32,000 nt of DNA from Polynucleobacter sp. MWH-P3-07-1. GTDB taxonomy: Bacteria > Pseudomonadota > Gammaproteobacteria > Burkholderiales > Burkholderiaceae. The first letter of the stretch is position 1; each line of letters opens with the position of its first letter. A program made the position numbers and the translations under genes. Below, piece by piece: positions 9,490 to 18,650 of the stretch. Where the stretch lies: the NCBI RefSeq assembly GCF_018687555.1, contig NZ_CP061296.1:1285983-1317982 (forward strand), given 5' to 3'. The notes beneath the pieces are model-generated. The model was not told where the DNA came from, searched no databases, and saw only the letters and a program-made list of their open reading frames with translations.

Positions 9490-10173
9490 CTATAGGGTTT
9501 CTAAGACCTCTGATAAGGATTTGCCTTCGTAATTCGGCTTCTCGCCAATCTCTTCAAATGGATGGCCAAGGCGATTGACCCAAAAGACATCATAACCAAA
9601 CCATTTGGCAGCAAGAGCATCCCAAGCGTTGCTAGATACAAATAAGACTTCATTTTTCTGGACCGGAAAAGCTTGTAATAACAACTCGTAAGCTTGCGGC
9701 GCAGTTTTAAATAAGCGCACTTCTTCAACCGTCACTACTTGATCCAGGTAAGGCTTGAGGCCGTTACTCTCAACCACCGTTGCCAGCATCTCGCGGCTCC
9801 CATTCGACAGAATCGCTGTTGCAATGCCCTTTTCCTTGATGGCCTTGAGCACACTTAGGCTATCCGCAAATCCAGTGAGCTTGGCATACTGATCCATCAA
9901 GCGTTTCTCATTTGCAGCAGATAGCTCAAGATCCATTCGCTTGCAGACGTAACGCAGAGAGCGAATCGTCAATTCCCAAAATGGAATGTAGTGTTTGCTT
10001 CCACTAGGATTGGGATCACTCATTGTGACTAAACGGGTGTACTCAATTTGGCGATCACGCCACATCAAGGCAAGTGCTACTCCATTTCCTGGGAATAACT
10101 CTTCTGCCAAAGCCCCCATGGAATAGACATCAAACAAGGTGCCATAGGCATCGAAAGCAATGAGTTTGTACAT
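9490..10173 (-). CDS. (S)-2-haloacid dehalogenase, HAD type II
   Basis: 227 aa with the nucleophile motif FDAYGTLFDV, plus SNG and SSNAWD motifs of L-2-haloacid dehalogenases. Confidence 0.88.
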   Translation of the reverse strand: MYKLIAFDAYGTLFDVYSMGALAEELFPGNGVALALMWRDRQIEYTRLVTMSDPNPSGSKHYIPFWELTIRSLRYVCKRMDLELSAANEKRLMDQYAKLTGFADSLSVLKAIKEKGIATAILSNGSREMLATVVESNGLKPYLDQVVTVEEVRLFKTAPQAYELLLQAFPVQKNEVLFVSSNAWDALAAKWFGYDVFWVNRLGHPFEEIGEKPNYEGKSLSEVLETL

Positions 10174-10205
10174 GAATATGAATGATTCCAGTTTTTTAAT
10201 TTCGG

Positions 10206-11474
10206 CTAAGCATTTTTGTGTAAACGATTACGGACAGCTAGTAAGGCCAATAAAGAAATGGTTGCTGCAGTCGAGAGGTAGTAGCCCACAAACTCTAGGC
10301 CGTAGTTTGTCGCCAACCAAGTAGCGATATAAGGCGCTAATGAGGCGCCCAAGATACCAGCTAGCGTAAATGACAGTGATGAACCGGTATAACGTACAGT
10401 AGTCGGAAACAACTGGCCTAGAGCAGTGCCGAGTGGGCCGTAAGTAAAGCCCATCAACAACAAACCCATTGCCAAGAATATGACGGTAGTCAGCCAACTG
10501 CCTGAAGTAAAGAGCGGTGCGAACACGAGACCAAATACGAAGGCTGCCAGCATCGTCACAATGAGTACCTTGCCGCAACCAAATTTGTCAGATAACACCC
10601 CAGAGACCGGCACCCCAATTGCGAAGAACAGCACTCCAATCATTTGCGCAATTAGAAAACTCGAGCGAGGGTAATGCAGAACAGAAGTGCCCCAGCTCAA
10701 GGTAAATACTGTCATCAAATAAAAGACGGCGAAGGTTGTAATTGATAGCAAAGTTGCCCAAAACAAAGTAGCAGTATGTTTTGTGAGGACTTCCATCATC
10801 GGCATTTGCACGCGTTGATTTTTTTGAATCGCCTCCAAAAATGCAGGGGTCTCTTCAATCTTCAAACGCACATACAAGCCGACAAATACCAAGACCGCAC
10901 TGGCGAGAAAGGGAATACGCCAGCCAAAATCAAAGAACTGTTCATCTGTTAAGTTTTTACTCAGAATCAGGAAAGTTCCACTCGACAATAAGAAACCAAT
11001 TGGCGCCCCCATTTGCGGGAACATGCCATACCAAGCTCGCTTACCTGCGGGTGCATTCTCTGTAGCTAGCAATACCGCGCCACCCCATTCACCCCCTAAG
11101 CCCAAGCCCTGGCCGAAGCGAAACAGTGCCAATAAAATCGGGGCCAAAATGCCAATCGAGGCATAAGTAGGCAATAAACCAATCGCCACAGTAGAAGGAC
11201 CCATCGTCATCAGTGCAGCTACTAAGGTAGCTTTACGCCCAATCCGATCGCCAAAGTGTCCAAATAAAGCGGCGCCGATGGGGCGTGCAAAGAAAGCCAG
11301 TGCAAAGGTGGCCAAGGACTGAAGCACAGCCGTGTTTGCATCACTTGATGGAAAGAACAGCTTTGGGAAAACTAAAACAGCTGCTGTGGCATAAATGTAA
11401 AAGTCAAAAAACTCAATCGTGGTGCCAATTAAGCTAGCCGTTAATACGCGTGTTGCTGAATTTTTTTGGCTCAT
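10206..11474 (-). CDS. MFS transporter, metabolite:H+ symporter family
   Basis: 422 aa with about 12 TM segments and GHFGDRIGRK in loop 2-3. Confidence 0.88.
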   Translation of the reverse strand: MSQKNSATRVLTASLIGTTIEFFDFYIYATAAVLVFPKLFFPSSDANTAVLQSLATFALAFFARPIGAALFGHFGDRIGRKATLVAALMTMGPSTVAIGLLPTYASIGILAPILLALFRFGQGLGLGGEWGGAVLLATENAPAGKRAWYGMFPQMGAPIGFLLSSGTFLILSKNLTDEQFFDFGWRIPFLASAVLVFVGLYVRLKIEETPAFLEAIQKNQRVQMPMMEVLTKHTATLFWATLLSITTFAVFYLMTVFTLSWGTSVLHYPRSSFLIAQMIGVLFFAIGVPVSGVLSDKFGCGKVLIVTMLAAFVFGLVFAPLFTSGSWLTTVIFLAMGLLLMGFTYGPLGTALGQLFPTTVRYTGSSLSFTLAGILGASLAPYIATWLATNYGLEFVGYYLSTAATISLLALLAVRNRLHKNA

Positions 11475-11665
11475 GCTTGTCTCCTATTTTTATTTTTTAT
11501 TGCTAGCCTCATAGGCCAATCGTCTGCAAAATCATAGCATTGGGATAAAACGTAGATTGCGATCGAACCCCCTCCAAAACCCGTAATCGGTAGACCTTTA
11601 GGAATTCAGAACCATTATTTTGGAGTACATTACAAGAAATCAGTGTGAGTTAAATACCCATCAAA

Positions 11666-12286
11666 ATGAACCAAACCTCATCTATAACCCCTCTGCGGAA
11701 TTTCATTACGAGCATGACTCGCTTGGTTGAGAAAACTCAAGATGAAACGCTCTTGCTGGCAGAAAGTAAGCAACTTCTCGCAAACCTGATTCAAAGTGAG
11801 TCCTGGTTACCTGAGTTTTGTACTGTGCCCCACCCGGAGTTCTATCAGCAATACTTGCTGCATGCTGATCCACTCGAGCGGTTTTCAGTGGTGAGTTTTG
11901 TGTGGGGTCCGGGACAAAAAACGCCGATTCATGATCACTGCACCTGGGGCTTAATTGGCATGCTCAGGGGCGCAGAAAAGGGACAGCGTTACCAATTCGA
12001 TAGCGCTGGGAAGCTAGTAGCAGCTGGGCCAGAGACGACCCTCAAACCAGGCGATATTGATGCTGTAAGCCCACATATTGGCGACATTCATGTTGTGAGC
12101 AATGCATTTGATGACCAAACCTCCATCAGCATCCATGTGTATGGAGGCAATATTGGCGCCATCCATCGACACGTCTACCAAGCAGAAACCGGGGAGATCA
12201 AGCACTTTGTCTCTGGATACTCATCGCCCCAGACCCCCAATTTGTGGGATCGCTCAGCCGAAGTCAGAGCTCAAATTCACCAATAA
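11666..12286 (+). CDS. cysteine dioxygenase-like cupin (COG5553-type)
   Basis: 206 aa with cupin His ligands in IHDHCTWGLIGMLRG and IHVV...SISIHVYG. The family call is moderate. Confidence 0.6.
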   Translation: MNQTSSITPLRNFITSMTRLVEKTQDETLLLAESKQLLANLIQSESWLPEFCTVPHPEFYQQYLLHADPLERFSVVSFVWGPGQKTPIHDHCTWGLIGMLRGAEKGQRYQFDSAGKLVAAGPETTLKPGDIDAVSPHIGDIHVVSNAFDDQTSISIHVYGGNIGAIHRHVYQAETGEIKHFVSGYSSPQTPNLWDRSAEVRAQIHQ

Positions 12287-12402
12287 ACCTGCAAAAACAG
12301 GAAGTTAGACACAATTTTTTCTGATTGCTGTCATGCAATATTCATGAAAAGGGCTCATAATAGCTAGGTATTAACCCTAATACGCTAATAAAGGAGCCTT
12401 AA

Positions 12403-12564
12403 ATGACACAATTATTGAGTCTCTGGAATGAGGTTTTTGCCCATAAAAGCAAGACCGCAAATCTTGAGCAATTTATTAACAGCCACAACCCCGCTTCTGA
12501 GCATGAGGTTGAAGTATTAACACGTGATTATTTATTTCACTACAGCACTGTACGGGGGCTCTAA
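12403..12564 (+). CDS. small hypothetical protein (53 aa)
   Basis: Below the track cutoff. AAAGGAG lies 6 nt upstream of the ATG. Translation is MTQLLSLWNEVFAHKSKTANLEQFINSHNPASEHEVEVLTRDYLFHYSTVRGL. Confidence 0.3.
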   Translation: MTQLLSLWNEVFAHKSKTANLEQFINSHNPASEHEVEVLTRDYLFHYSTVRGL

Positions 12565-12566
12565 TC

Positions 12567-12662
12567 ATGAAATCATTCAGTTCATTTTTACAAGATCTAG
12601 TGGCCTCTTACAAAGCCGCCAAAGAATGGCAAGAAAAAAATCTGCGCTCTGTGCTTGTCTAA
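12567..12662 (+). CDS. small hypothetical protein (31 aa)
   Basis: The ATG lies 2 nt after the previous stop. Translation is MKSFSSFLQDLVASYKAAKEWQEKNLRSVLV. A terminator follows. Confidence 0.2.
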   Translation: MKSFSSFLQDLVASYKAAKEWQEKNLRSVLV

Positions 12663-12701
12663 AAGAGCAGTTCAGATTCTCTTAGCAGATTCTTGAGAGA
12701 T

Positions 12702-12733
12702 AAAAAATACCAACCTCTAGGTTGGTATTTTTA
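12702..12733. terminator. bidirectional rho-independent terminator
   Basis: AAAAAATACCAACC-TCTA-GGTTGGTATTTTT: a 13-14 bp stem flanked by A-run and T-run. It lies between the convergent small ORFs (+) and cydB (-). Confidence 0.8.
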
Positions 12734-12758
12734 TTTGTACCATGCAGAATTAAATGAT

Positions 12759-13772
12759 TTAGTAGTAGCTCAGCGGCTCTGTTTTTCCCCAAAAGATTTT
12801 GTAGGAATAGATGGTGTAGCCAATGATGGTTGGCAGCACAACAATGGCACCCCAAAATATCATCCATAAAGAATCTGTTGCAGAGGCCGCTTCCCAGATG
12901 GTCATTTTGCCGACGACAATATATGGGAACATACTGTAAGCAATTCCCAAGAAGGCCAACACAAAAATGGCGACGCTCAGCGCAAATGGAAGCCAGACAG
13001 GCGCAGGTTTATCTCTTTGCATTTTTACTAAATTCAAATCAATCAATACAAAACAGGCCAGTGATAACACAGGGAATGGCAATAAGAAAAAGATATTCGG
13101 GAATGTAAACCACTTTGCTGCAATCTCAGCACTAAAGAATGGAGTCGCTATAGAGATAATGCCCACTCCCAGGGCTGTTAACCACAGGCATTTTCTGGCC
13201 CAAGCCACAGCCTTACGCTGAAGCCCTCCGGAGGTTTTCATAATCAACCAGCCCGCGCCCAGCAATGCATAGCCAGCAGGCAAGCACAATGCCACAATGA
13301 ATGCGAATAACCAACCCAAACCCCCGGAGTCAAAGCCGATCACCTCTCTACCAACCATCACGCCTTGTGATGCTGCCGCTAAGAAGCTGCCAAAAAAGAA
13401 TAGAAAATTCCAGACGGCTTTTTGACTAAGGTGCGCCTTTGCCCGAAAGTCAAAAGAAACGCCGCGCAAAATCAGTCCAGCAAGCATGATGCCAACGGGT
13501 AAATAGAGTTCGGTCAAAATAATGCCATGCGCCATTGGGAAGGCGATCAAGAGCACGCCAACGCCCAGGACTAACCAAGTTTCATTTGCATCCCAAAATG
13601 GGCCAATTGAGGAAATCATGATGTCTTTTTCTTCATCTGTTGCTTGATTAAGCAAAATGCCAACACCTAAGTCATAACCGTCGAGGACAACATAGGCCAC
13701 CATGGCAATACCCATTGCCACCAAAAAGAAAAGGGGTAACCAGCCTGCAGGTTCTAGTAGATTGGGAATCAT
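12759..13772 (-). CDS. cydB: cytochrome bd ubiquinol oxidase subunit II (CioB-size)
   Basis: 337 aa, polytopic, with the N-terminal motif VLDGYDLGVGIL and WDANETW. Lies immediately downstream of cydA. Confidence 0.9.
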   Translation of the reverse strand: MIPNLLEPAGWLPLFFLVAMGIAMVAYVVLDGYDLGVGILLNQATDEEKDIMISSIGPFWDANETWLVLGVGVLLIAFPMAHGIILTELYLPVGIMLAGLILRGVSFDFRAKAHLSQKAVWNFLFFFGSFLAAASQGVMVGREVIGFDSGGLGWLFAFIVALCLPAGYALLGAGWLIMKTSGGLQRKAVAWARKCLWLTALGVGIISIATPFFSAEIAAKWFTFPNIFFLLPFPVLSLACFVLIDLNLVKMQRDKPAPVWLPFALSVAIFVLAFLGIAYSMFPYIVVGKMTIWEAASATDSLWMIFWGAIVVLPTIIGYTIYSYKIFWGKTEPLSYY

Positions 13773-13779
13773 ATTTTTC

Positions 13780-15132
13780 TTAAGCTCCGATAGGACGGTT
13801 AACTAAGTTTGGCCTTGCGTCATCAGCAGCCTTTGCGGGTCCAGTCTGACGGGCTAAATAGAACACCACCCAGATATAAGAAAGGATCAGACCAAGATAT
13901 AAGGCTAGATACATCACCAAGGTTCCTAAAATCATATTGGTTGGTAGTTTCGTTACTGCGTCAGCCGTTTTGAGAACCCCCGTGACTAAGAATGGTTGTC
14001 TACCCACCTCTGTCACATACCAACCGGCTACGACACCTACCCATCCAGAGAAACTCATGACGCTGAGGGTCTTTAAAAGCCATTTTGGCAATTCTTGTTT
14101 TTTTCTAACAAGGTAGAAACCCACAAAGGCCGTGAGCAGCATGAGCATTCCAATTCCAACCATGATCCGGAATGCAAAGAAGACAGGCTTAACCGGAGGA
14201 TGCGTATCAGGGAATGCGTCTAAGCCCTGGACTTCACCATCCCAAGAGTGCGTCAGATACAAAGAAGCCAGTTTTGGCACAGCCACTTCATACTTATTTG
14301 CCTTGGCAGCTTCATCAGGAATGGCAAACAAAACCGCATCGGCACCTCTGGTGGTTTGCCAAATACCTTCCATTGCTGCTACCTTGGCAGGCTGATATTC
14401 CAGAGTATTTAAGCCATGCATATCACCCAAGACAATTTGCAAGGGGGCCAGCACCACCGCAACTGTCATGGATAGCTTAATCAATGCCCGGCTACCAGCA
14501 AGATTGATGCCTCGCAAGTATCGATAGGCAGAGATACCAGCAATTAAAAAAGTGACCGTCAAGAATGAAGCCGTCATCATATGGAAGAGTCGATACGGCA
14601 TGGAAGGATTGAACACAATCTCAAGCCAATTGGTCGCATGCGCTTGACCATTAATCATTTCAAAACCTTGTGGGGTCTGCATCCAGGAATCTAAAACGAT
14701 GATCCAGAATGCGGACAACGAGGTTCCAAAGGCAACCAGAAAGGTGGCAACCGTATGGGCTCTTTGTGAAACCCGTTTAGCCCCGAAGAGCATGATTCCC
14801 AAGAAAGTGGCTTCAAGAAAAAAGGCTGATAACACTTCATAGCCTAATAAGGGTCCAGCGATATTACCCACCGTTTGCATATAGCCTGGCCAATTAGTGC
14901 CAAACTGGAAGCTCATGGTAATGCCGCTCACAACACCCAAGGCAAAGGTTAAGGCAAATATTTTGACCCAGAACTGGTAAGCCTCACTCCATTCGATCTG
15001 ACCGGTCCTATTAAATTGAATCTTGAAATACAACAAAGCCCAAGCTAATGCAATGGAGATGGTTGGAAAAAGAATATGAAAAGTAATGTTGGCAGCAAAC
15101 TGAATTCTGCTCAAAATAAGTGCATCAAGCAT
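13780..15132 (-). CDS. cydA: cytochrome bd ubiquinol oxidase subunit I (short Q-loop, CioA-type)
   Basis: 450 aa with LSRIQFAANITFHILFPTISIALA and GWYVTEVGRQPFLV signatures. Its length suggests the short Q-loop class. Confidence 0.9.
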   Translation of the reverse strand: MLDALILSRIQFAANITFHILFPTISIALAWALLYFKIQFNRTGQIEWSEAYQFWVKIFALTFALGVVSGITMSFQFGTNWPGYMQTVGNIAGPLLGYEVLSAFFLEATFLGIMLFGAKRVSQRAHTVATFLVAFGTSLSAFWIIVLDSWMQTPQGFEMINGQAHATNWLEIVFNPSMPYRLFHMMTASFLTVTFLIAGISAYRYLRGINLAGSRALIKLSMTVAVVLAPLQIVLGDMHGLNTLEYQPAKVAAMEGIWQTTRGADAVLFAIPDEAAKANKYEVAVPKLASLYLTHSWDGEVQGLDAFPDTHPPVKPVFFAFRIMVGIGMLMLLTAFVGFYLVRKKQELPKWLLKTLSVMSFSGWVGVVAGWYVTEVGRQPFLVTGVLKTADAVTKLPTNMILGTLVMYLALYLGLILSYIWVVFYLARQTGPAKAADDARPNLVNRPIGA

Positions 15133-15217
15133 CGTATTACCCCTTATTTTTATCTTGTCCTTTCATTATGCTCTTCGGACTTGGGCAAAACAATTGCTTG
15201 ATCAGATTACTCAACTA

Positions 15218-15234
15218 CCCTTTTTCTGAAAGGG
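15218..15234 (-). terminator. weak hairpin after the amino-acid permease gene
   Basis: CCCTTT-TTCTG-AAAGGG, a 6-bp stem 10 nt downstream of the stop at 15244. There is no clear U-tract. Confidence 0.3.
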
Positions 15235-15243
15235 AAATGCCTT

Positions 15244-16689
15244 CTAGCGAGATCTGGCGCGGTATTCCTTAGCTGCCACTTTTTGAGCGATCACCTTCTC
15301 GCGGAAATTAGCAACTAAGGTTTTTTGATGGGCGCTTCTATGGGTCTTGAGCCAATACAAAACTCCGAGCAGTGCAAACCAGATTGGCAGCACATAAAGT
15401 GCAACCCGGGTGTCCTCGCTTAGAGTGAGGGCATAGAGCACAATCGCAAAAAAAATAAATGCAACGTAAGGCATGACTTTACTCAGGGGCATTTTGTACT
15501 CAGACTCATCATGAGCTTGAGGCAGTCGTCTGCAGTAGGCTAGATAAGCAAGCAAGATCATCGACCAAATAAAGATAAAAATAATTGCAGCCACGCTACT
15601 GACAATCTCAAATGCACTCATCATCGACTGGGTGGTTGTGAGTAGTACCGTCGCAGACAGGATTAAGCCAGTTCCCAAAAAAATACCGCCAGATGGAATC
15701 TTGAAGGCAGACAGCTTGCCGAACACAGCTGGAGCATGATGCTGCTTAGCGAGACCATATAGCATCCGTGATGTTGCATAGATGCCGCTATTGCTTGATG
15801 AAGTTGCAGAGCTAATCACTACCAAGTTCACTAGCGATGCAGCACTGGCCATGCCAATCAAAGAGAACATGCCAACAAATGGGCTCTCATTGGGAGAAAT
15901 GTCAGTCCAAGGCGTAACCATCATTAATACGATGATTGTGCCAACATAAAAAATCATGATCCGCATCGGGATTTTGTGAATCGCATCGGGCAGCATTACT
16001 TTTGGATTTTTGGTTTCAGCCATCATGGTTCCAATAATTTCCATGCCGGCAAAAGCAAAGATAGTCATCTGTAGCCCAGCAAGCAGGCCTGAAACGCCGT
16101 GCGGCATAAAGCCACCATAAGACCATAGATTACTTACCTTGGCATGAACACCGCCAGGAGATACAAATCCAGTCACGCACAGATAAAGACCCAAAACAAT
16201 TAAGCCTACGATTGCGACGACCTTAATGATGGCCATCCAAAATTCCAACTCACCGAAGGCCTTAACAGTCAACAAATTTAGAGTTAATAACAACAGAATC
16301 AATCCAACAGCAGAAATCCAATTAGGCAGATCAGGAAACCAAAATGAAATATACCCAGTGATTGCAATAATTTCGGCAATCGCTGCGACAATCCAAACAA
16401 ACCAATAAGACCAACCCACAAAAAATCCTGCTGTAGGTCCTAAGATGTCTTCTGAAAAGTCTACAAAAGATTTGTAGCTTAGGTTATGCAGCAATAATTC
16501 GCCCATAGCCCGCATAACGAAATACAAAATCAGTCCGGTAATCGCATAGATAAAGATGATTCCGGGTCCGGCCAAAGAAATTGTTTTACCTGAGCCCATA
16601 AATAGCCCTGTACCAATACAGCCGCCGATGGCGATCATTTCAATATGGCGTTGGTTCAGACCACGCTCTAGCTCACTACTCTTTTCCAT
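15244..16689 (-). CDS. amino acid permease (APC family, AroP/CycA-like)
   Basis: 481 aa with 12 TM segments and the N-terminal LERGLNQRHIEMIAIGGCIGTGLFMGSG consensus. Confidence 0.88.
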   Translation of the reverse strand: MEKSSELERGLNQRHIEMIAIGGCIGTGLFMGSGKTISLAGPGIIFIYAITGLILYFVMRAMGELLLHNLSYKSFVDFSEDILGPTAGFFVGWSYWFVWIVAAIAEIIAITGYISFWFPDLPNWISAVGLILLLLTLNLLTVKAFGELEFWMAIIKVVAIVGLIVLGLYLCVTGFVSPGGVHAKVSNLWSYGGFMPHGVSGLLAGLQMTIFAFAGMEIIGTMMAETKNPKVMLPDAIHKIPMRIMIFYVGTIIVLMMVTPWTDISPNESPFVGMFSLIGMASAASLVNLVVISSATSSSNSGIYATSRMLYGLAKQHHAPAVFGKLSAFKIPSGGIFLGTGLILSATVLLTTTQSMMSAFEIVSSVAAIIFIFIWSMILLAYLAYCRRLPQAHDESEYKMPLSKVMPYVAFIFFAIVLYALTLSEDTRVALYVLPIWFALLGVLYWLKTHRSAHQKTLVANFREKVIAQKVAAKEYRARSR

Positions 16690-16767
16690 ATGAGAGGACT
16701 TCCGTTAGGTATTGGCAATAAAAAGACTATATCAAAGATGACTTTAGCTGCAGAGCCATGCTCCTAT

Positions 16768-17421
16768 CTAAATCAGCAAATGCCCAGTCTTTACAAAGAT
16801 CGTGCAGCCTTCCTTACTAAAGGGCTGGTGGAGGCTCATATGAGGGCTTCTAATCCATGAGCCAGCTGGATAGCGTCCGTGCTCATCCTCGAACACGCCA
16901 TCAATTACAAAGATTTCTTCACCACCAAAATGCTTGTGTGGATTGAAGTAGGTTTGCGGCGCCCAGCGCACTAAAGTTGATCCGCTGCCTTGCCGCATCA
17001 GCGGCATTACCTGAAGACCGGGAACCATACCTTGATACCAAGCTGATGTTTTTGTATCAATCATTTCTCGCTCCACTTGATCCGGACCAAGATGTCGGAG
17101 TTTGACAAATAGAGTGCACCCGAACTCACTAAATGGTGCATGGGAAGAGCCCGGTGGATTCATGATGTATGTGCCCGCAGAGTAATTGCCAATCTCATCG
17201 CTAAATACACCATCTAAAACAAATATCTCCTCACCAAACTCGTGAGTATGGGTTGAAAACTTCGATCCTGGTTGATAGCGAACAATGGAAGTTGCTTTTG
17301 CTACCTCATCACCCATCCGATCCAGCATACGCCTCTCCACTCCCAACTCGGGACTTGAGATCCACGGTAAGTCATGGTGATTTATCACTACTCTCTGACT
17401 GTAATCAGCATTAATATTCAT
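16768..17421 (-). CDS. bicupin protein (ChrR-like cupin domains)
   Basis: 217 aa with two repeats of the HTHEFGEEIFVLDGVFSDE / HKHFGGEEIFVIDGVFEDE cupin core. Confidence 0.7.
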   Translation of the reverse strand: MNINADYSQRVVINHHDLPWISSPELGVERRMLDRMGDEVAKATSIVRYQPGSKFSTHTHEFGEEIFVLDGVFSDEIGNYSAGTYIMNPPGSSHAPFSEFGCTLFVKLRHLGPDQVEREMIDTKTSAWYQGMVPGLQVMPLMRQGSGSTLVRWAPQTYFNPHKHFGGEEIFVIDGVFEDEHGRYPAGSWIRSPHMSLHQPFSKEGCTIFVKTGHLLI

Positions 17422-17490
17422 GTAGTCATTTCAGATAGTTAAAAACTTGACAAAGCATAGCAAGCAAAATGAATGTGTGCCCAAAAGACA

Positions 17491-17518
17491 AAACCCTCAC
17501 CATTGCTGATGAGGGTTT
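17491..17518 (-). terminator. rho-independent terminator of the (now truncated) tRNA gene
   Basis: After ACCA the minus strand reads GAAACGC-AAACCCTCA-TCAGCAATGG-TGAGGGTTT-TGTCTTTTGG. Confidence 0.75.
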
Positions 17519-17525
17519 GCGTTTC

Positions 17526-17570
17526 TGGTGGGCCCACCAGGACTTGAACCTGGGACCAAAGGATTATGAG
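17526..17570 (-). pseudogene. 3' fragment of a tRNA(CAU) gene (anticodon loop to CCA), putative island att site
   Basis: The minus strand reads CTCATAA-TCCTT-TGGTC-CCAGG-TTCAAGT-CCTGG-TGGGCCC-A-CCA, giving the T-arm, acceptor 3' strand and CCA. Upstream sequence does not supply the complementary GGGCCCA acceptor strand, a D-arm, or the AAGGA anticodon-stem strand. Confidence 0.8.
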
Positions 17571-17627
17571 AGCAGAAGCCCATGATAGAACCATATAAAC
17601 AGGGGCTCTGCAGGTGGTCAGTGTCGG

Positions 17628-17651
17628 TGTGTAAGCAAATGTGTAAGCAAA
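17628..17651. repeat. perfect tandem 12-mer x2 (TGTGTAAGCAAA)
   Basis: Read directly from the sequence, about 58 nt inside the island from the att fragment. Confidence 0.6.
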
Positions 17652-17708
17652 TTCACTCATTTACTAGAAGAGCTAGCTCACTCTTTAGTTTTCAAAACCA
17701 AAGGATTT

Positions 17709-17741
17709 TTGGAGCAACCATCTAGCACTTCGTTGCTCCAA
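17709..17741 (-). terminator. hairpin downstream of the 279-aa gene
   Basis: TTGGAGCAAC / GTTGCTCCAA 10-bp stem with a 13-nt loop, 12 nt past the stop at 17753. No U-tract. Confidence 0.35.
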
Positions 17742-17752
17742 ACTCCTTCACA

Positions 17753-18592
17753 TTACACTTCGCCCTTTTCTTTTTGCTCCCTTCCCTCCAAAATCTTTGC
17801 CATACCTGGCGTCATGCTATCCCAACGCTCTTTGCGGGCCTCCATTGCCTTATCATGTAGCTTACTAACAAGTTCCTCTGCATTTTCTAAAGCACCAAGT
17901 TGATTACCAATTAACTGAATTGCACGATCATGAAATGCAGGATCGGCAGGAATATTGGCAATAACATAACGCATACCTTTACGCTTTATACATGCGTAAT
18001 ATTCAAAAGAAACATCTTTACGCTTGCTGAAATCTGTTGGAGATTCAAACACAGCAAAAGGTAACTCCTCGCGTGATAGACAATACTTCCAACCTAGGTC
18101 ATATTTAAATTGCTCAGACTCTTCCTGCTTGGCTTTCGTTGCTGGATCAACACCTAAAGAGCGTATGTTTTCTACTCCACCGCATTCTTGAACATAGTCC
18201 GTAAATTGCTCTACTGAGATTTGATTAGAGACAGCAGATTCAATCGCCCGGGCATAGACGTGAGCTGTTTTACGATCTGCGCGGGTGATATATCGAACTA
18301 ATACCGCAGTATCTGAGCTGTTTGATTGGACGCGAATCTTATAGCTATGAACTAGCTTGTGCTTCATATCACTGATCAAATCCTTTTTATCAGGGGCAGC
18401 ATCAAGCTGTTGATATAAAGTGAAAATCTTTGCAAGTAAATCATATAAAGCTAAACGTCCGCCAACAATATAGTTGGCATTAAATTGCTCATGCTCTTTT
18501 GCCAAATCATCAGCTTGGCTAATTAAGCTTTTGGTGATGACTGGCAGAGTACTTTTCTTAGTATTTTCTAATCTAATAATTTCTTTTTTCAT
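17753..18592 (-). CDS. hypothetical protein (279 aa)
   Basis: Long ORF in AT-rich DNA with an AAGGA Shine-Dalgarno upstream of the ATG. No domain recognised. Confidence 0.6.
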   Translation of the reverse strand: MKKEIIRLENTKKSTLPVITKSLISQADDLAKEHEQFNANYIVGGRLALYDLLAKIFTLYQQLDAAPDKKDLISDMKHKLVHSYKIRVQSNSSDTAVLVRYITRADRKTAHVYARAIESAVSNQISVEQFTDYVQECGGVENIRSLGVDPATKAKQEESEQFKYDLGWKYCLSREELPFAVFESPTDFSKRKDVSFEYYACIKRKGMRYVIANIPADPAFHDRAIQLIGNQLGALENAEELVSKLHDKAMEARKERWDSMTPGMAKILEGREQKEKGEV

Positions 18593-18613
18593 TTTTTCCT
18601 TGCTCTAACTACA

Positions 18614-18638
18614 CAGGCGTTACAACCTGTAACGCCTG
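18614..18638 (-). terminator. GC-rich intercistronic hairpin
   Basis: CAGGCGTTAC-AACCT-GTAACGCCTG, a perfect 10-bp stem between the 204-aa and 279-aa genes. No U-tract on the minus strand, so it could be an attenuator or processing site. Confidence 0.4.
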
Positions 18639-18650
18639 CATGTCTTTTTA

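Noticed and set aside
17526-17602. Possible intact 77-nt tRNA(CAU) gene
   Set aside because: The 5' sequence (CTGTTTATATGGTTCTATCATGGGCTTCTGCT) offers no GGGCCCA acceptor strand, no D-arm and no AAGGA anticodon-stem strand. Only the 3' 45 nt are tRNA-like.
17439-17660. 73-aa minus-strand ORF in the track
   Set aside because: It runs straight through the tRNA 3' fragment and its terminator. It has no Shine-Dalgarno site and is almost certainly spurious.
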